Shown here piece by piece: positions 24,541 to 38,567 of a DNA stretch of 48,385 bases. Position numbers and translations under genes: made by a program. The DNA is from Octopus bimaculoides (lineage: Eukaryota), in NCBI RefSeq assembly GCF_001194135.2, contig NC_069003.1:35051925-35100309 (forward strand), written 5' to 3'. Position 1 is the first letter of the stretch, and every line of letters starts with the position of its first letter. Below the pieces are notes generated by a model. That model did no database searches and was not told the DNA's origin. It saw only the letters and a list, made by a program, of their open reading frames with translations.

Positions 24541-25444
24541 CTGTGTGCTAAGAAATTTGCTTCCCAACCACATGGTTCTGGGTTCAGTCAGACTGTGTAA
24601 CACCTTGGGCAAGTTTCTTCTATTATAGCTTCAGTTTGACCAAAGCCCTGTGAGTGGATTTGGTTAATGGAAACTGAAAGAAGCCCATCATATACATGTG
24701 GCCTTGTGCCAAAATTTGAAACCAATACGTAAATATATATATATATACATACACACACATTCATATATGCACACACATACACACCCCTTATCGCGTCTAT
24801 AAATTTTGAATAAACATCCTTATATTGTATCCATAAATAATACAGAAAATGTTAAAAGGTTTTTTTAATATTGAAAGTGAAGCCTTTTAATTTTGGATTG
24901 AGTAAAGGGTTGAAGTGGGAGCAGCAGCAGAGTACGGGTGGGGTGGAAGTGTGTAGGGTGTGGCATTTTATCCGTTTATTGGGTGCATGTTCTTACCACA
25001 CCTTCCACTCCCCTGACAACTTTGGTTCATTCCTTTTCTTTGATAAATTACAGAAGAACCATAAAAAGTTTCAACCAAGAAATAAAAGACTTCTCTATTT
25101 CTATATTTCAAAACATTTTTATGGCTTCTCTGCATCTTCTGCTGCTGCTGCTCTACCCCCCTCTCCCCCAATTCCCCTGGGTGTTGCTTATCTGCCCTTC
25201 TGCTCCTCTGTTGCTCTTTCGAAGATAGTTTTACTGAGTTAATGTTAAGTATTAACGGTAACAGGAATCAAGTTACATTTCAACACAAAAATTACTGGTT
25301 TTACATGGGAAGTTTCCAAAGTTTGTGCAGCGAAGGAGATTGTGGGAGACACTGCTATTGAGGATGATGATGGTGGTGGTGTTGGTAGTGATGATGATGA
25401 TGATGATAATAGAGGTGGGATGGTCATGGTGGTAATGATGATGG

Positions 25445-25475
<31 letters not shown>

Positions 25476-25576
25476 AATAGTGGTGGGATGGTCATGGTGG
25501 TGATGATGATGATGATAGAGGTAGGGTGGTCGTGGTGGTGATGATGATGATGATAGAGGTAGGGTGGTCGTGGTGG

Positions 25577-25607
<31 letters not shown>

Positions 25608-26029
25608 AGAGGTAGGGTGGTCATGGTGGTGATGATGATGACAACATGTAGCTGCATATTTCCTTCCCTCTTCCTCACCATTACCACCACCACTAATAAC
25701 AACAACACCATAATCACCCTCTTCATGGAAATTTTGGAAACTTTCCATGTAAATCCAATAATTAATTTTCTGTAGAAATGTAATTTCATTTCTGTTACAC
25801 TTACAATTTAATTGTAACAAATTAAACGATATTTCAACTCATTATATATTTTTTACTATTTTAAACCCACTCCCACAGACACCAAACACACACACACACA
25901 TCTACTAATGCATTCACAGACACACATACATAAATATGGAATTGAATGTTAAATATCTTTGGGTCCTAATACTAGGACAAATATTGAATCACTTTGAACC
26001 AAAGTCTTTGTAGTCAACCAGTTTGTAGG

Positions 26030-26400
26030 ATCTCAATTGAAGAATATTAGAACAGTCTTGTCAGGGGTACTTGGTGCTGCAGAAGAAAATCCTGGCTTGT
26101 TTCAAAGACTACAACGCAATTGGTTTCATGGAAACAGTCACAGAATAAAAGAAGAAACTGCAGAAAAGTGGAAAGCTAAACTTAACAAAGAGAATGAAGA
26201 GACAAAGACAGAATTCATTGCAAAATCAAGTTCAAAACACAAAGAAGACTCAGAACTCTAAAAGAATCGATGACGGATTGACAAAGAAGAAGATTATTGC
26301 AGGTAGGAATCAATCAAGAGAATTCTTGCAATTCAATGAAGACGTCGTTGGACTCACAAAAATTGGGAACAGTGACAAATTTGTGGATGGGAATCTCTGT
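26030..26400 (+). mobile_element. Degraded RTE-clade LINE fragment (endonuclease-RT linker)
   Basis: Segments RNWFHGNSHRIKEE, KTQRRLRTLKE and AGRNQSREFLQFNEDVVGLTK in shifting frames resemble RTE QDWFDEND.EI...VQR.LR.MK..W...AD..D.K.FY..LK.VYGP. Confidence 0.5.
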
Positions 26401-26463
26401 CTAATATAAAAAAAAATATGCTATATTGGAAGGAAGATCGTTTTAAAACTTTACTTAACTCAC

Positions 26464-26586
26464 CTGTCAAATATGTCACCTGTTTGTATTATGTTCTGCA
26501 CAAAAATGTTTTTCTACACTTGCTGGTTTCACAATCACAGCAAGAAATTCCTTTCTTAAATATCAGCCCCACCTTCATTTCCCCAC
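26464..26586 (-). other. Candidate non-coding leader exon (123 nt)
   Basis: Perfect donor CAG|GTGAGT at 26463. Pyrimidine-rich acceptor ending CAATAAAG. Confidence 0.3.
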
Positions 26587-26668
26587 CTTTATTGAAAAAA
26601 AATTTCAAGGACGGAAAGAGAAAACAACAAAGGTAAACACATTCTTTAACCATACACACACACACACA

Positions 26669-26700
<32 letters not shown>

Positions 26701-26791
26701 TTTTCAAAATGCATTTGAACCAAGGCCCAACCTCAAAACTTTCACCGCAAACAACACACAGGAAATAAAGGTGCATTTACGTATGTGAATA

Positions 26792-26825
<34 letters not shown>

Positions 26826-27718
26826 TGGCCATCTGACTGTAAAGATTGCTGGATTAATGGTTTGGGTATTCAGCTCGCAATCATAAGGTCACGAGTTCAA
26901 TCCCCAGCTGGGCATTGTGTCCTTTCGCAGGGTCCTTTATTTCACGTTGCTCCAGTCCATTCCCCAGGCAAAAATGAGTTGGACTTGCATTTCCAAAGGG
27001 TCAGCCTTGTCACACTCTGTGTCACGCTGAATCTCCTTGAGAACTACATAAAGGGTTACACATATCTGTGGAGTACTCAGCCACTTCAACATTAATCTCA
27101 CGAGCAGGCTGTTCCCTTGATCGGATCAACCGGAACCCTCGTCATCATAACCCACAGAGGCCCAGTTATCAGTTGACTGTATAACTGTTCCTTTACACAA
27201 ATAAGAGAATATTTACACAATGCCTATGTTTCAATAAATATCAGTGTGCTTGTACAGGCACATAAGTGTGTGCATGTGTGTGTTTAATAGAAATGTGTGT
27301 AGACACCAGCCTGTGTGTATATACAAGCTGATATTCATATGTGTGCGTGTGTGTGTGTGCGTGTTTAGTAGAAGTGTTGATATGACTTCAACTCATCCTC
27401 TTACTCCTCAACAACAACCTGGATGGAGATTAATGACGGAGGTCACCCAACATTGATTCCAAGCTTTTAACAGAAAAAAAAAACAAATCAGGATTAACAT
27501 AATTAAATCTTGAAATCAATCTAAAACCTCTGTTAAACTTGACCCTGTAGCTTAATCTGCTATGTGTGTGCGCGTGCAGTGTTATGTTTGTTCAATTTAG
27601 CTCAAGTGAAGTAGGATTCTTTTGAGTTTAGCACTCAATACATGGCACAAGAGTAGAGTTTTATAACTTTTTTTTAAGATTTATCACTATTAGCATGTCA
27701 ACCTATATAAGGTATTTT

Positions 27719-27768
<50 letters not shown>

Positions 27769-28629
27769 TAATATAAACAGCTAGGCACAATATAATACCA
27801 TAAAGGGAGTGGCATGTAAGGTCTCTTACATGCACTCATTCGACCAGCTAGAAATAGCAGCCAAACCTCACTGGCATCTTATAAAGGGAAGAATGTATTA
27901 GATAATGTAGTTAGTTCTCCTAATACACTGAGTCTGATTATAAGAAGAGATGGTCATGGCTGGGACATATTTGATCATAAGTCAAAAAGATAGTGCTTAT
28001 TGGCAGCAACATAATATCCCCATCATCATCATCATCATCACTGCTGATGCCATCACCACCAACAACAACATTGACACCACCCCCACCACCACCATTATCA
28101 TCCTCACCCATGCCACCCACCTCACCAAACAGACTTTATCAGTCTGTCAAGGTGGGGCAGGAAAGAACCCCCCTGAGACTAATAATCCCCAATTAAGATA
28201 AACTCCACACACACACACACACACATGTATGCATGTATAAAACCCTGACTTCTGTGATTCAGTATAATTTCATGATTGTTACAGAGAAACAGGCTTTAAC
28301 CATCCCCCAGTATATTGCTGGATTTCAGTTTGGGTATATACATTGTTATAGTAAAGTGGTTTGTAGCTCCCAGTGTATTACAGGGTTTCATTTTGGGAAC
28401 AAGATATTTCAATTTAATAAAGTAAGGAGACCCAGGGAAGAAAAAAAAAACAGAATTGAAATTTATAAAAGAAAAATAAACAGAAAGAGAGAATAAAAAG
28501 GAAGAGAGAGAAGAGGTGAAGAAAGAAGGATAGAGGTTTGCATGGGACGGTTGCATGGTGATGTAGGAGTGTTTGCATCAAGGTTTGTAGGTCATATGTT
28601 AATTAGTCAGTTAGTTAATGAGGTAATGG

Positions 28630-29005
28630 AATAAAGAGGGTGATATCCAAATTGCCTAGTGCAGGTAGTTGTTATTATCAGTCAAGTGGTACAAGGGCAA
28701 AGAAAATGCACAAGAAGAGGAGGAGGAGGAGGAATCACAGGGCCCCTCTCCTCCCTCACAACCTGGTAGACTTAGTAGAAGACAAGGTTAGCTTGGATAA
28801 AATGCGGTTTTGGTTTAATGATTGGACAACTTGGAACCTTCTAATTATTTCTCTGACCATCTTGAAAAAGAGGCGTACAAACTGCACACCGTAGTCTTCA
28901 GCAGACACCGTCTGTATATAAGATGGGATGGTCATGGTGAGACTGGTTTTGATTAAAGATCTGCTGGATCAGGGTTGCCTGGTGCTATACAACAACAACA
29001 ACAAC
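28630..29005 (+). mobile_element. Internally deleted RTE LINE remnant joined to the family F tail
   Basis: WYKGKENA..NHRA..KVSLDKMRFWF resembles the RTE pre-RT motifs YKGKGDA..NYRG..VSLDEMQFGF. Confidence 0.55.
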
Positions 29006-29646
29006 AATACATGCGAGAGTGTCAATGTAGTTGCTAAACTGATTAGAAATAACAACCCAATCTCCCTCAAATTATATCCTATTGTCATAAGAACAACAAA
29101 AACAAAAAAAAAGATACACTGTTCAATGTAGCTGTTGATATATTGTGTTTAAGTAAGACATGATGGTCTCAAATGGAATGTCTTTGATTGTAAATTTGCA
29201 TGACCAGGACTAACCCGGGGTTAAACAGCCACAATTTCTAATTAGTTGTTTATTCAATCGAAGATCTTTTAGCCTTATAAAAGAAAAAAATAAACTATAA
29301 AAGTATATTCCTAATCGTTCTCCTTCCATTGCCCTGCCCCACCATAAAAACCAACGCCTTGCAGCAGAGATGAAAGAAATCAGTTGATCACCAAAAACAA
29401 CTGCTTCCTCACTGCTCCTCTCTCTCTCTCTCTCTCTCTGTTTTTCTCCACTCCTTTGTAATTCCTGAGGCCTTGTTGTGACTGTTGTAAGAAATCGTTG
29501 AAAGCCTTAAACAATCTCATCTCACTTGCTTTCCTCCCACCGCCGCCTTCCCCTGCATAACAGCTGAAGCCAACTTACTTTTGTGTGTCAATCAATATTT
29601 TTATCCTTGCATTTTCCTTGCTATCAGCCCTCTTTTGTTACACCTA

Positions 29647-29690
<44 letters not shown>

Positions 29691-30419
29691 TGCACATGCC
29701 TGACATGTGTTCAAACCCCAAACACACTCCAACATTCCATAGGGAAACGAGGCAATATTTCCAAAGGAACTACAACAACAACAACCACAACAATCATCAC
29801 CGAAGATCTTGAGTTGAGCAGCAAGAGAGAGAGAGAGAGAGAGAAAGGAAAAAAGATCTAAGATTAAATTGCAGAAACATGGAANNNNNNNNNNNNNNNN
29901 NNNNNNNNNNNNNNNNNNNNNNNNNNNNNNNNNNNNNNNNNNNNNNNNNNNNNNNNNNNNNNNNNNNNNNNNNNNNNNNNNNNNNNNNNNNNNNNNNNNN
30001 NNNNNNNNNNNNNNNNNNNNNNNNNNNNNNNNNNNNNNNNNNNNNNNNNNNNNNNNNNNNNNNNNNNNNNNNNNNNNNNNNNNNNNNNNNNNNNNNNNNN
30101 NNNNNNNNNNNNNNNNNNNNNNNNNNNNNNNNNNNNNNNNNNNNNNNNNNNNNNNNNNNNNNNNNNNNNNNNNNNNNNNNNNNNNNNNNNNNNNNNNNNN
30201 NNNNNNNNNNNNNNNNNNNNNNNNNNNNNNNNNNNNNNNNNNNNNNNNNNNNNNNNNNNNNNNNNNNNNNNNNNNNNNNNNNNNNNNNNNNNNNNNNNNN
30301 NNNNNNNNNNNNNNNNNNNNNGTCCTTTCTCCCTTCTTTCCATCCTCTCCCCCACCCCTTCTTCCATTCTCTGTTTTCCTCAAAGAAAAAAAAACAACTA
30401 ACCAAAACAATCTCATTCC

Positions 30420-30461
<42 letters not shown>

Positions 30462-31166
30462 TGCAAGTTTATACATACACACACCCATGAATGCACTTAC
30501 ATGCACACACAAGCCGGGAATGCGCACATACTCGCACAGATCACTAACAGGTGGCTGATGAAAGGAGAGAAGATGTAAATACTGAGAAAAAAAGGGGTTT
30601 TAAGGGATGATGATGATGATGATGATGGGTTAGGAAGAAGAGGAGTAAGAAATAATAAAACAATCAAATGAGGTGGGCAAGGATGGAGACAGTTTCTTTC
30701 TCTTTCTCTTATAAGTTATATGCAGGTATATGTATGTATGTGTATATATATATGTATGTATGTGTATATATATATGTATGTATGTGTATATATATATGTA
30801 TGTATGTGTATATATATATATATAGGCACAAGACTGGGTGTGTGGTAAGAAGCTTTCTTCCCAACCACATGGTGCTGAGTTCAGTCCCGCTTGTGAGGCA
30901 TCTTGGGCCAGTGTCTTCTACTATAGCCTCAGGCCAACCCAAAGCCTTGTGAGTGAATTTGGAGGATGGAAACTGAAAGAAGCCCGTTGTATATATGTGT
31001 GTGCATGCATGTGTGTGTCTGTCTGTGTTTGTACACCCCACCTCCCCACCATCACTTGACAACCAATGTTGGTGTGTTTATGTCCTTGTAACTAAGTGGC
31101 ATGCCTTCATCTATAGATGATATTACCCAGACAGCAGGCTAGAAGGCCATTACTCATTGACCTTAA

Positions 31167-31385
31167 CCCTTTAGCATTCAAATAGACCATATACAGCCAA
31201 ATAGTCAACCCGTTTTTATGCTCAAACCAGCCAGATCTGGCCTCTCACACCAACCTACAACATTATTCTAAAAATAAACAATCACATCATTGAAATCTCA
31301 TAGCTACATTGTAATGCATGGTTAATTCAAAACAATGTGGATAAATAAGGATTACATTTGGCAGAATAATCTGAACACTAAAGGG
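31167..31385. mobile_element. piggyBac-type MITE (219 bp) with TTAA target-site duplication
   Basis: TTAA|CCCTTTAGCATTCAAAT ... ATCTGAACACTAAAGGG|TTAA. Confidence 0.8.
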
Positions 31386-31418
31386 TTAATCCACTCTTAC
31401 CATCTAAGAAGGCATTCC

Positions 31419-31465
<47 letters not shown>

Positions 31466-32010
31466 NNNNNNNNNNGTGTGTGTGTTTGTTTGTTTACATC
31501 TTGCTTGTTTCTATAAGATCTGTGCTGTACTAACGGTGTTGTTATTGTCAGTTCTCCCGTCTGCGAATCATGTGACCACTTCACACTGTCAAAACCACAG
31601 CAAATAACGAATCCCCTTTTTGACAAAACAGGCAAGGGTTAGTGACGGCAAAGGCATCCATCCAGTTGTAAAGCAATGCCTCAGTAACATTTGTGTAATC
31701 TTGGTCAGGTAAAAATGAGCACAGAAGAATGTGTGTGTGTGTGAGTTTATGCATGTAAGTCTGTGTGTATGTATATACACACACATATATATATATATAT
31801 AGATAGATAGATAGAGAGAGAGATTACACAATATCTCATCAGTGTACTGCTACAGGTGTTACAGGTGTAAAAATGATTATAGTGATTTTCAGTAAAGAAT
31901 GTCATTCATTCCATTTTGTGTCATTTATGTGTGTGTGTGTGTGTGTGTGTGGATATGTATTTCTGTACGTATTTAAGACATACATATATATATGTGTGTG
32001 TGCGAGTGTG

Positions 32011-32061
<51 letters not shown>

Positions 32062-33879
32062 NNNNNNNNNNNNNNNNNNNNNNNNNNNNNNNNNNNNNNN
32101 NNNNNNNNNNNNNNNNNNNNNNNNNNNNNNNNNNNNNNNNNNNNNNNNNNNNNNNNNNNNNNNNNNNNNNNNNNNNNNNNNNNNNNNNNNNNNNNNNNNN
32201 NNNNNNNNNNNNNNNNNNNNNNNNNNNNNNNNNNNNNNNNNNNNNNNNNNNNNNNNNNNNNNNNNNNNNNNNNNNNNNNNNNNNNNNNNNNNNNNNNNNN
32301 NNNNNNNNNNNNNNNNNNNNNNNNNNNNNNNNNNNNNNNNNNNNNNNNNNNNNNNNNNNNNNNNNNNNNNNNNNNNNNNNNNNNNNNNNNNNNNNNNNNN
32401 NNNNNNNNNNNNNNNNNNNNNNNNNNNNNNNNNNNNNNNNNNNNNNNNNNNNNNNNNNNNNNNNNNNNNNNNNNNNNNNNNNNNNNNNNNNNNNNNNNNN
32501 NNNNNNNNNNNNNNNNNNNNNNNNNNNNNNNNNNNNNNNNNNNNNNNNNNNNNNNNNNNNNNNNNNNNNNNNNNNNNNNNNNNNNNNNNNNNNNNNNNNN
32601 NNNNNNNNNNNNNNNNNNNNNNNNNNNNNNNNNNNNNNNNNNNNNNNNNNNNNNNNNNNNNNNNNNNNNNNNNNNNNNNNNNNNNNNNNNNNNNNNNNNN
32701 NNNNNNNNNNNNNNNNNNNNNNNNNNNNNNNNNNNNNNNNNNNNNNNNNNNNNNNNNNNNNNNNNNNNNNNNNNNNNNNNNNNNNNNNNNNNNNNNNNNN
32801 NNNNNNNNNNNNNNNNNNNNNNNNNNNNNNNNNNNNNNNNNNNNNNNNNNNNNNNNNNNNNNNNNNNNNNNNNNNNNNNNNNNNNNNNNNNNNNNNNNNN
32901 NNNNNNNNNNNNNNNNNNNNNNNNNNNNNNNNNNNNNNNNNNNNNNNNNNNNNNNNNNNNNNNNNNGTACAGGTAAAGTGAAGTTCTTACAAGTGAGGGA
33001 ATGAGAAACCAGGACGTGAGATGCCTTTTTCATTGTGATGCAGTGTACTACAGAACAGGCTGCTACTGTATAGAGGCAGGGTGGGCACGGAAGGTGGGGG
33101 GTAGGGGAAATAGAGGTGGAGGAAGAGGTGGAAAAACGAAGAAGAAACACCTTTCTGAATTAGTGGAACAAGTTTAACGATCCATGTTCTTCTCCATCCA
33201 TGGCCTTCTCAACAGTTTTAGCAATACAGGTAAAATGGACCCACCTGGGGACTGAAACTACATAGGCAAACTGGTTTGCTAATGACTTATCAGAGCACTT
33301 TATTTATATATCTGGAAGAGCCTGTGTGATTGAGGGTGTAAGTATAAAAGTGCATTGTCAGACATGGTTGAGTGGTTAAGAAGTTCATTAGTTGCAGGGA
33401 TACCCCTAAACCTGAAAGGCTCCCCCCACCACACAACACTGCAAGTAGACCTTAATCTCCAACCTAAAAAGTCCTCCAGAAGACCCTACTCAGGCTGTCT
33501 GCATTAACACCCAAGGTTGTACCCAGAACATCATCATTCAAAACTTCTCAAACCCCACGGTACAGCACAAGTGGTTGATGCTCTGCTAACCACATTGTGC
33601 AGCTGGCAGAGTGCAATGGGTGCTTGACACAGGACTGGAACTCAGCCAAGAACCAGATGGTGGTGTGTCAGCCAGAAAGACAGAAATTAATAAAAACTGC
33701 TGATCTATAAACCATCACAACATAACAAGACCAAATCCATACTGCTTTTCCATTGGCTATAAATAAAACCATTTAAATATAGACATCTGCTCATTAAGAA
33801 ACATCAGATTCTTAAGAAAAGAAAGAAAAACAGCATCGAATAACAAATGAGAGGAGGTGGATGAACAATATACTGTAAA

Positions 33880-34078
33880 ATAATAATAATAATAATAATA
33901 ATAACAATAATACCATTAGAAAACAATAATTTCCTCTAATGATTGATTGATTTGTGTAGACAAGGCCTGAGGTCTGGGTTATTTAGGTTGCAGTTAAAGG
34001 AAAATGATGTTTATGCATTTCTCAAACAATGTAAGTATATTGAAATGGCCCAACTAATAATAATAATAATAATAATAA

Positions 34079-34131
<53 letters not shown>

Positions 34132-34290
34132 TAATAATGATTTCTGTTATTGGCCACAAGGGCCTGGTACATTGGAGACAGTACAACAGCACTAAGGAAA
34201 AGAGCGAGCTCAACACAATAACGGTAACACACACATTAACAGAAATAATAATAATAATAATAATAATGATAATAATAATAATAATGATAA
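33880..34290. repeat. Compound (TAA)n/(TAG)n microsatellites, representative of the very dense CA/GT, AT, GA, CATA, GAT and AAT arrays across the window
   Basis: Directly visible. Confidence 0.95.
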
Positions 34291-37200
34291 TAATGATAAT
34301 AATCCTTTCTATTACAGGCACAAGGCCTGAAATTCTGGGAGTGGGGATAAGTTAATTACACCAACCTGAGTGTGTAACTGGTACTTAATTTATCGACCCT
34401 GAAAAGAATGAAAGGCAAAGTTGATTTTGGTGGAATTTGAACTCAGAAAGTAAAGACGGACAAAATATCGCTAAGCATTTTGTGCAGTATGCTAATGATT
34501 CTGCCAGCTCGCCACCTTAATAATAATAATAATAATAATAATAATGGTTTCAAATTTTGCCACAAGGGCAGTAATTCTGTGGAGGGGATGAAAAGTTCCT
34601 GGCTTTCAGTAAAAGAAAATACAGGAAGATCATTCAATTATTCAATATATTACATTCCCCTCTCAGATTCACACACATGTATTGCAGTGATCCTTCAGTT
34701 TTTCTAAGCTTTGTAAAAGAACTTGGAAGGTTGGGACTCCAACCAGGCCATTCATGATACCCTTAAAGCCAGGAATTTTACAGCATTTCATCGTATATAC
34801 ATACATACATACAAATATATGCATCATCATCGTCATGTGTGTGTGTGTGTGTGTGTGTGTGTGATGGTCTTTTTTCAGTTTCCATTTACCAAATCTACTC
34901 ACAAGGCTTTGGTTGACCCAGGATTATAACAGAAGACACTCGGCCAAGATGTAGCACAGTGGGACTGAACTCAAAACCACATGGTTGCAAAGCGAACGTC
35001 TTAACCACACAGCCATGCCAATATATTTAATATTTTTGACACCTGTTTTGTTTCACCTTAATTCTGTTCTTTCGTTTGAAAACAATTTGGGGGTCAGGTT
35101 TGTTTAAACAAACATCATCATCATCATCATCATCATCATCAACATGGACATTAAATGATGGTGACATTTGTTTAAAAACCACAACAAGAGCGAGTACCTC
35201 TTAAACCACTTGAGGTAGCCATCTTGCAATGTGTGCAAATACAGTAAGTGGTTATTTATCAGAAGCATGTAAACAGATTAAGAAGTCTAGACAAACTTTT
35301 CTTCTTGTCACAGAAGTAGGGTAAATGGTAAAATGTTTCAGTCATTTGATGGTAAAAAGAATCAACACCCTACCACTGGGTTTTTTTAGTGGGGTGGGGG
35401 TATGTAATCCAAGAAGAAAGTACTTTCTGTGGAAAGTTCTGTAATGTGACCATTGGCAACAAAAACAAAAGCAACAACACAGAACTTAAAGTTAAATCTC
35501 TCAAATTCTTTGAGAAATTTAAAGACTATTTAATGAAAGAAATGAACTGCTAAAGTTTCATTCTAGTAGTTCAGTTCCCAGAAAAAATTTTACCAAAGAA
35601 TTTAGTAATATTTTATTGCTGTCAGGAATATTGTAATTTGGCAAATTGTGGCAATGTTGTAATAGAGAAGTCTAGATTATTTTATTGGCAAGGAATATAC
35701 CATTTACAGAACTGTCATGAAATTTCAGCATAGCTTCTTTAATGCAGATGTGTGCCCTGGAACTGTGGTGGTCAACAGATCAGCCTGCCCATGAAATTAA
35801 TGTGCAAGTGACTGAGCGTTCCACAAACATGCATACTCTTCTTGTAGTTCTCAGGGAGATTCAGCATGACACAGAATCTAACAAGGCTGGCCCTTTGAAT
35901 TACAGGTATGACTCGTTTTGTCTGTTGAGGGGACTGGAGAAATGTGAAAATGAAACGTCTTGCTCAAGGACACAATGCACAGTTGGGAATCGAACTCCTG
36001 ACTTTACAAATTTGAGTGAAAGACCCTAACCACTAAGCCATGTGCCTGTGTGTATGTAGAGAGAGAGAAAGAGCTTAAATACTCAGTGTTAATATAAAAA
36101 TATGGAGTTCAAGTATTTGTAGTCAATTGTGTAAGAACATTTTATACGCACATGTGTGTGCATGTATCTGTATGTGTGTGCATGTGTGTAGTGTGTGCAT
36201 GTGTGTAGTGTGTGCATGTGTGTAGTGTGTATGTGTAGTACAAATTTGGCTGAGAAGTGATTTCAGGTTCCACCCCAATGTGTGGTACCTTTCTACTATA
36301 GATTCCGGCTGACCAATGCTTTGTGAGCGAAATTTGGTAGACAGAAACTACACTGAAGCTTGTCATACACGTGTGTGTGTGTGTATGTGTGTTTATATCC
36401 ATGTATCTTCACATTGATTCTGTTTGGACAACGGATGTGTTGTTTATGCTGCCAGTAAAACAACATGTTCTGGTGATTTCATTAGTTTCAGGTGAAGAGG
36501 AACAGAATATAAATATTCCAAACTTAGAAAAACAAGAACGGTTCCATGACAGGAAGAGCTGCCTTGAGAAGCAGATGTAGAAACAAAAACAATAATAATG
36601 ATGAAATTGAAGTGATGCGTGTGTCTAAAATATAATATTGCCAAAGGCAAGGAGCTGACAGAATTGTTAGGATGCCAGGCAAAATGCTTATTAGCATCTG
36701 GTCTGTCTTTATGTTCTGAGTTCAAATTCAGCTGAGGTCGACTTCACCGTTCATCCTTTCAGGGTTGATAAGTACCAGTTGGATAATAGGGGCAATGTAA
36801 TTGGCTTACCCCTCCTCCAAATTTGCTGGCTTTGTGCCAAAATTTGAACAGAGAGTATAGTATCACCTCTTCTGTTCAACATCATCATCATCATCACCAT
36901 TTAATGTCTGCTTTCTCTGCTGGCATGAGTTCAATGGACTGACAGAAGATGGCAAGCCAGAAGACTGTGCAAAGCTCTGCTGTCTGCTTTGGCAAGACTT
37001 CTATGGTTGGGTGCCCTTCTTAATGCCAACCACTTTACAGAGTGTACTGGGTGCTTATATGACGATGATGATGATGATGACAATGGAGAAGTCAATGCCA
37101 TATGTCTGTGCGTATAAGCTTATAATGTTACCTTTCCCATACAATACCAACGTGAAAATAAAATCAATGTTAACAATGATGAGATTGGTACGGTACCTGT

Positions 37201-37709
37201 GAGGTATGTCATGACTAACATACAACACCAGTGTGGCTATAAAAGCCAATGAAGACAATGAGATTTGATATCGTATCTGTGTGCAGAGTAGAGTGTCACA
37301 TTTTCCATGAAACCACAGTGCGACTATCAGCTGCAAATGCATAACCTTCTCTGTGACTAGATTTGAGATAATCTATCGACATGTAATCGGTGTTGGTGAC
37401 ATCAAGATAAGGGTTGAGTGATATTTAAGTCTTTCCTTGCAAAGCATTCATAAAATAAGTCAAATAACTACAGCGTTGATTTGCTAAATTAACAGTACAA
37501 CTATTCATTGCTATGTTTAACAACTACGTAATGTGATATACATCTGTGTATGTGTGAGTATGCAGGCCAAGTCATATATATATATATATATATATATGTT
37601 CAACCCATGCAAGCAAAGAAAAGCATACATGTGTGTGAGAGAGAGTGAGAGAGAGAGAGATAAAGTGTCTCTCCTATGGAGTAACAGTGAACGTCATTCG
37701 TCAGTGAAG

Positions 37710-37748
<39 letters not shown>

Positions 37749-37997
37749 ATCAGATCAAAGATAGCCAAAGATTCCAGGAATGGTCTGGGTTGTTATCTAT
37801 GACATTTGTGCCTTTCCCAAATGGAATTAATGGAATTAATTAGGTAGATAGGTAAGTAGATAAATAGTTTTAAGTGGGTGGACAGGTGAGTAAGCTTCAA
37901 GTGGGGAGGTAGGTATGTATGCATAGACAAACAGACAGATAATCTGAGTCCTTCTGTTGAAGTAGAGGACCTTTGATTTTTCACTGGAAAACTTCTG

Positions 37998-38032
<35 letters not shown>

Positions 38033-38459
38033 ATACCAAAGAACTAGTTCACTCTAAGATGATGCAATAAAATGTCCCCTGATGATCTTTTCTGGTTAAG
38101 TATCCAAATTCCCCTTGGAACATCTAATGCAGTGTTCCAAGCAACCACAATGGTGAAACTTATCCAAGAATTAATAATATAAACTAAATGTTTATTATAA
38201 CTTATCCAATCAATGAATAAATATACATATATAGGAGGGGCTTATTTTCAAAACCAGTATAAGAGCATATCTCGTGAATTTCATGATAAACATTAAAACG
38301 GAATCTGCAAGCCACTGGCTTCGCACACGTGAAACTTTTGAACCCAGAACCATGTAGTTGGGAAGCAAGCTACTTACCACACAGCTACACCTATGTAGCA
38401 TTTTCTTTTTTTGTTTACAGAAAGAAGAAAAAGAACCGAAAATTTGTATGCAGACTTAC

Positions 38460-38520
38460 CATAATATAGATTGAAAATTCCAACACTTGATTCATCTTAA
38501 AGAGTCCAAGATTTTAGCAC
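38460..38520 (-). other. Candidate non-coding leader exon (61 nt)
   Basis: Strong acceptor TTTCATCTTTACTTTATAG|G and strong donor ATG|GTAAGT. Confidence 0.35.
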
Positions 38521-38567
38521 CTATAAAGTAAAGATGAAACGTTAATTTAATAATTAAATAAATAATT

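Noticed and set aside
803-33150. Long ORFs spanning N runs (e.g. 883-1566, 29601-30527, 31873-32976)
   Set aside because: They are artefacts of translating gaps as X.
37055-37342. 95-aa hydrophobic minus-strand ORF
   Set aside because: The length is within chance, I see no motif, and it ends in a (GAT)n repeat.
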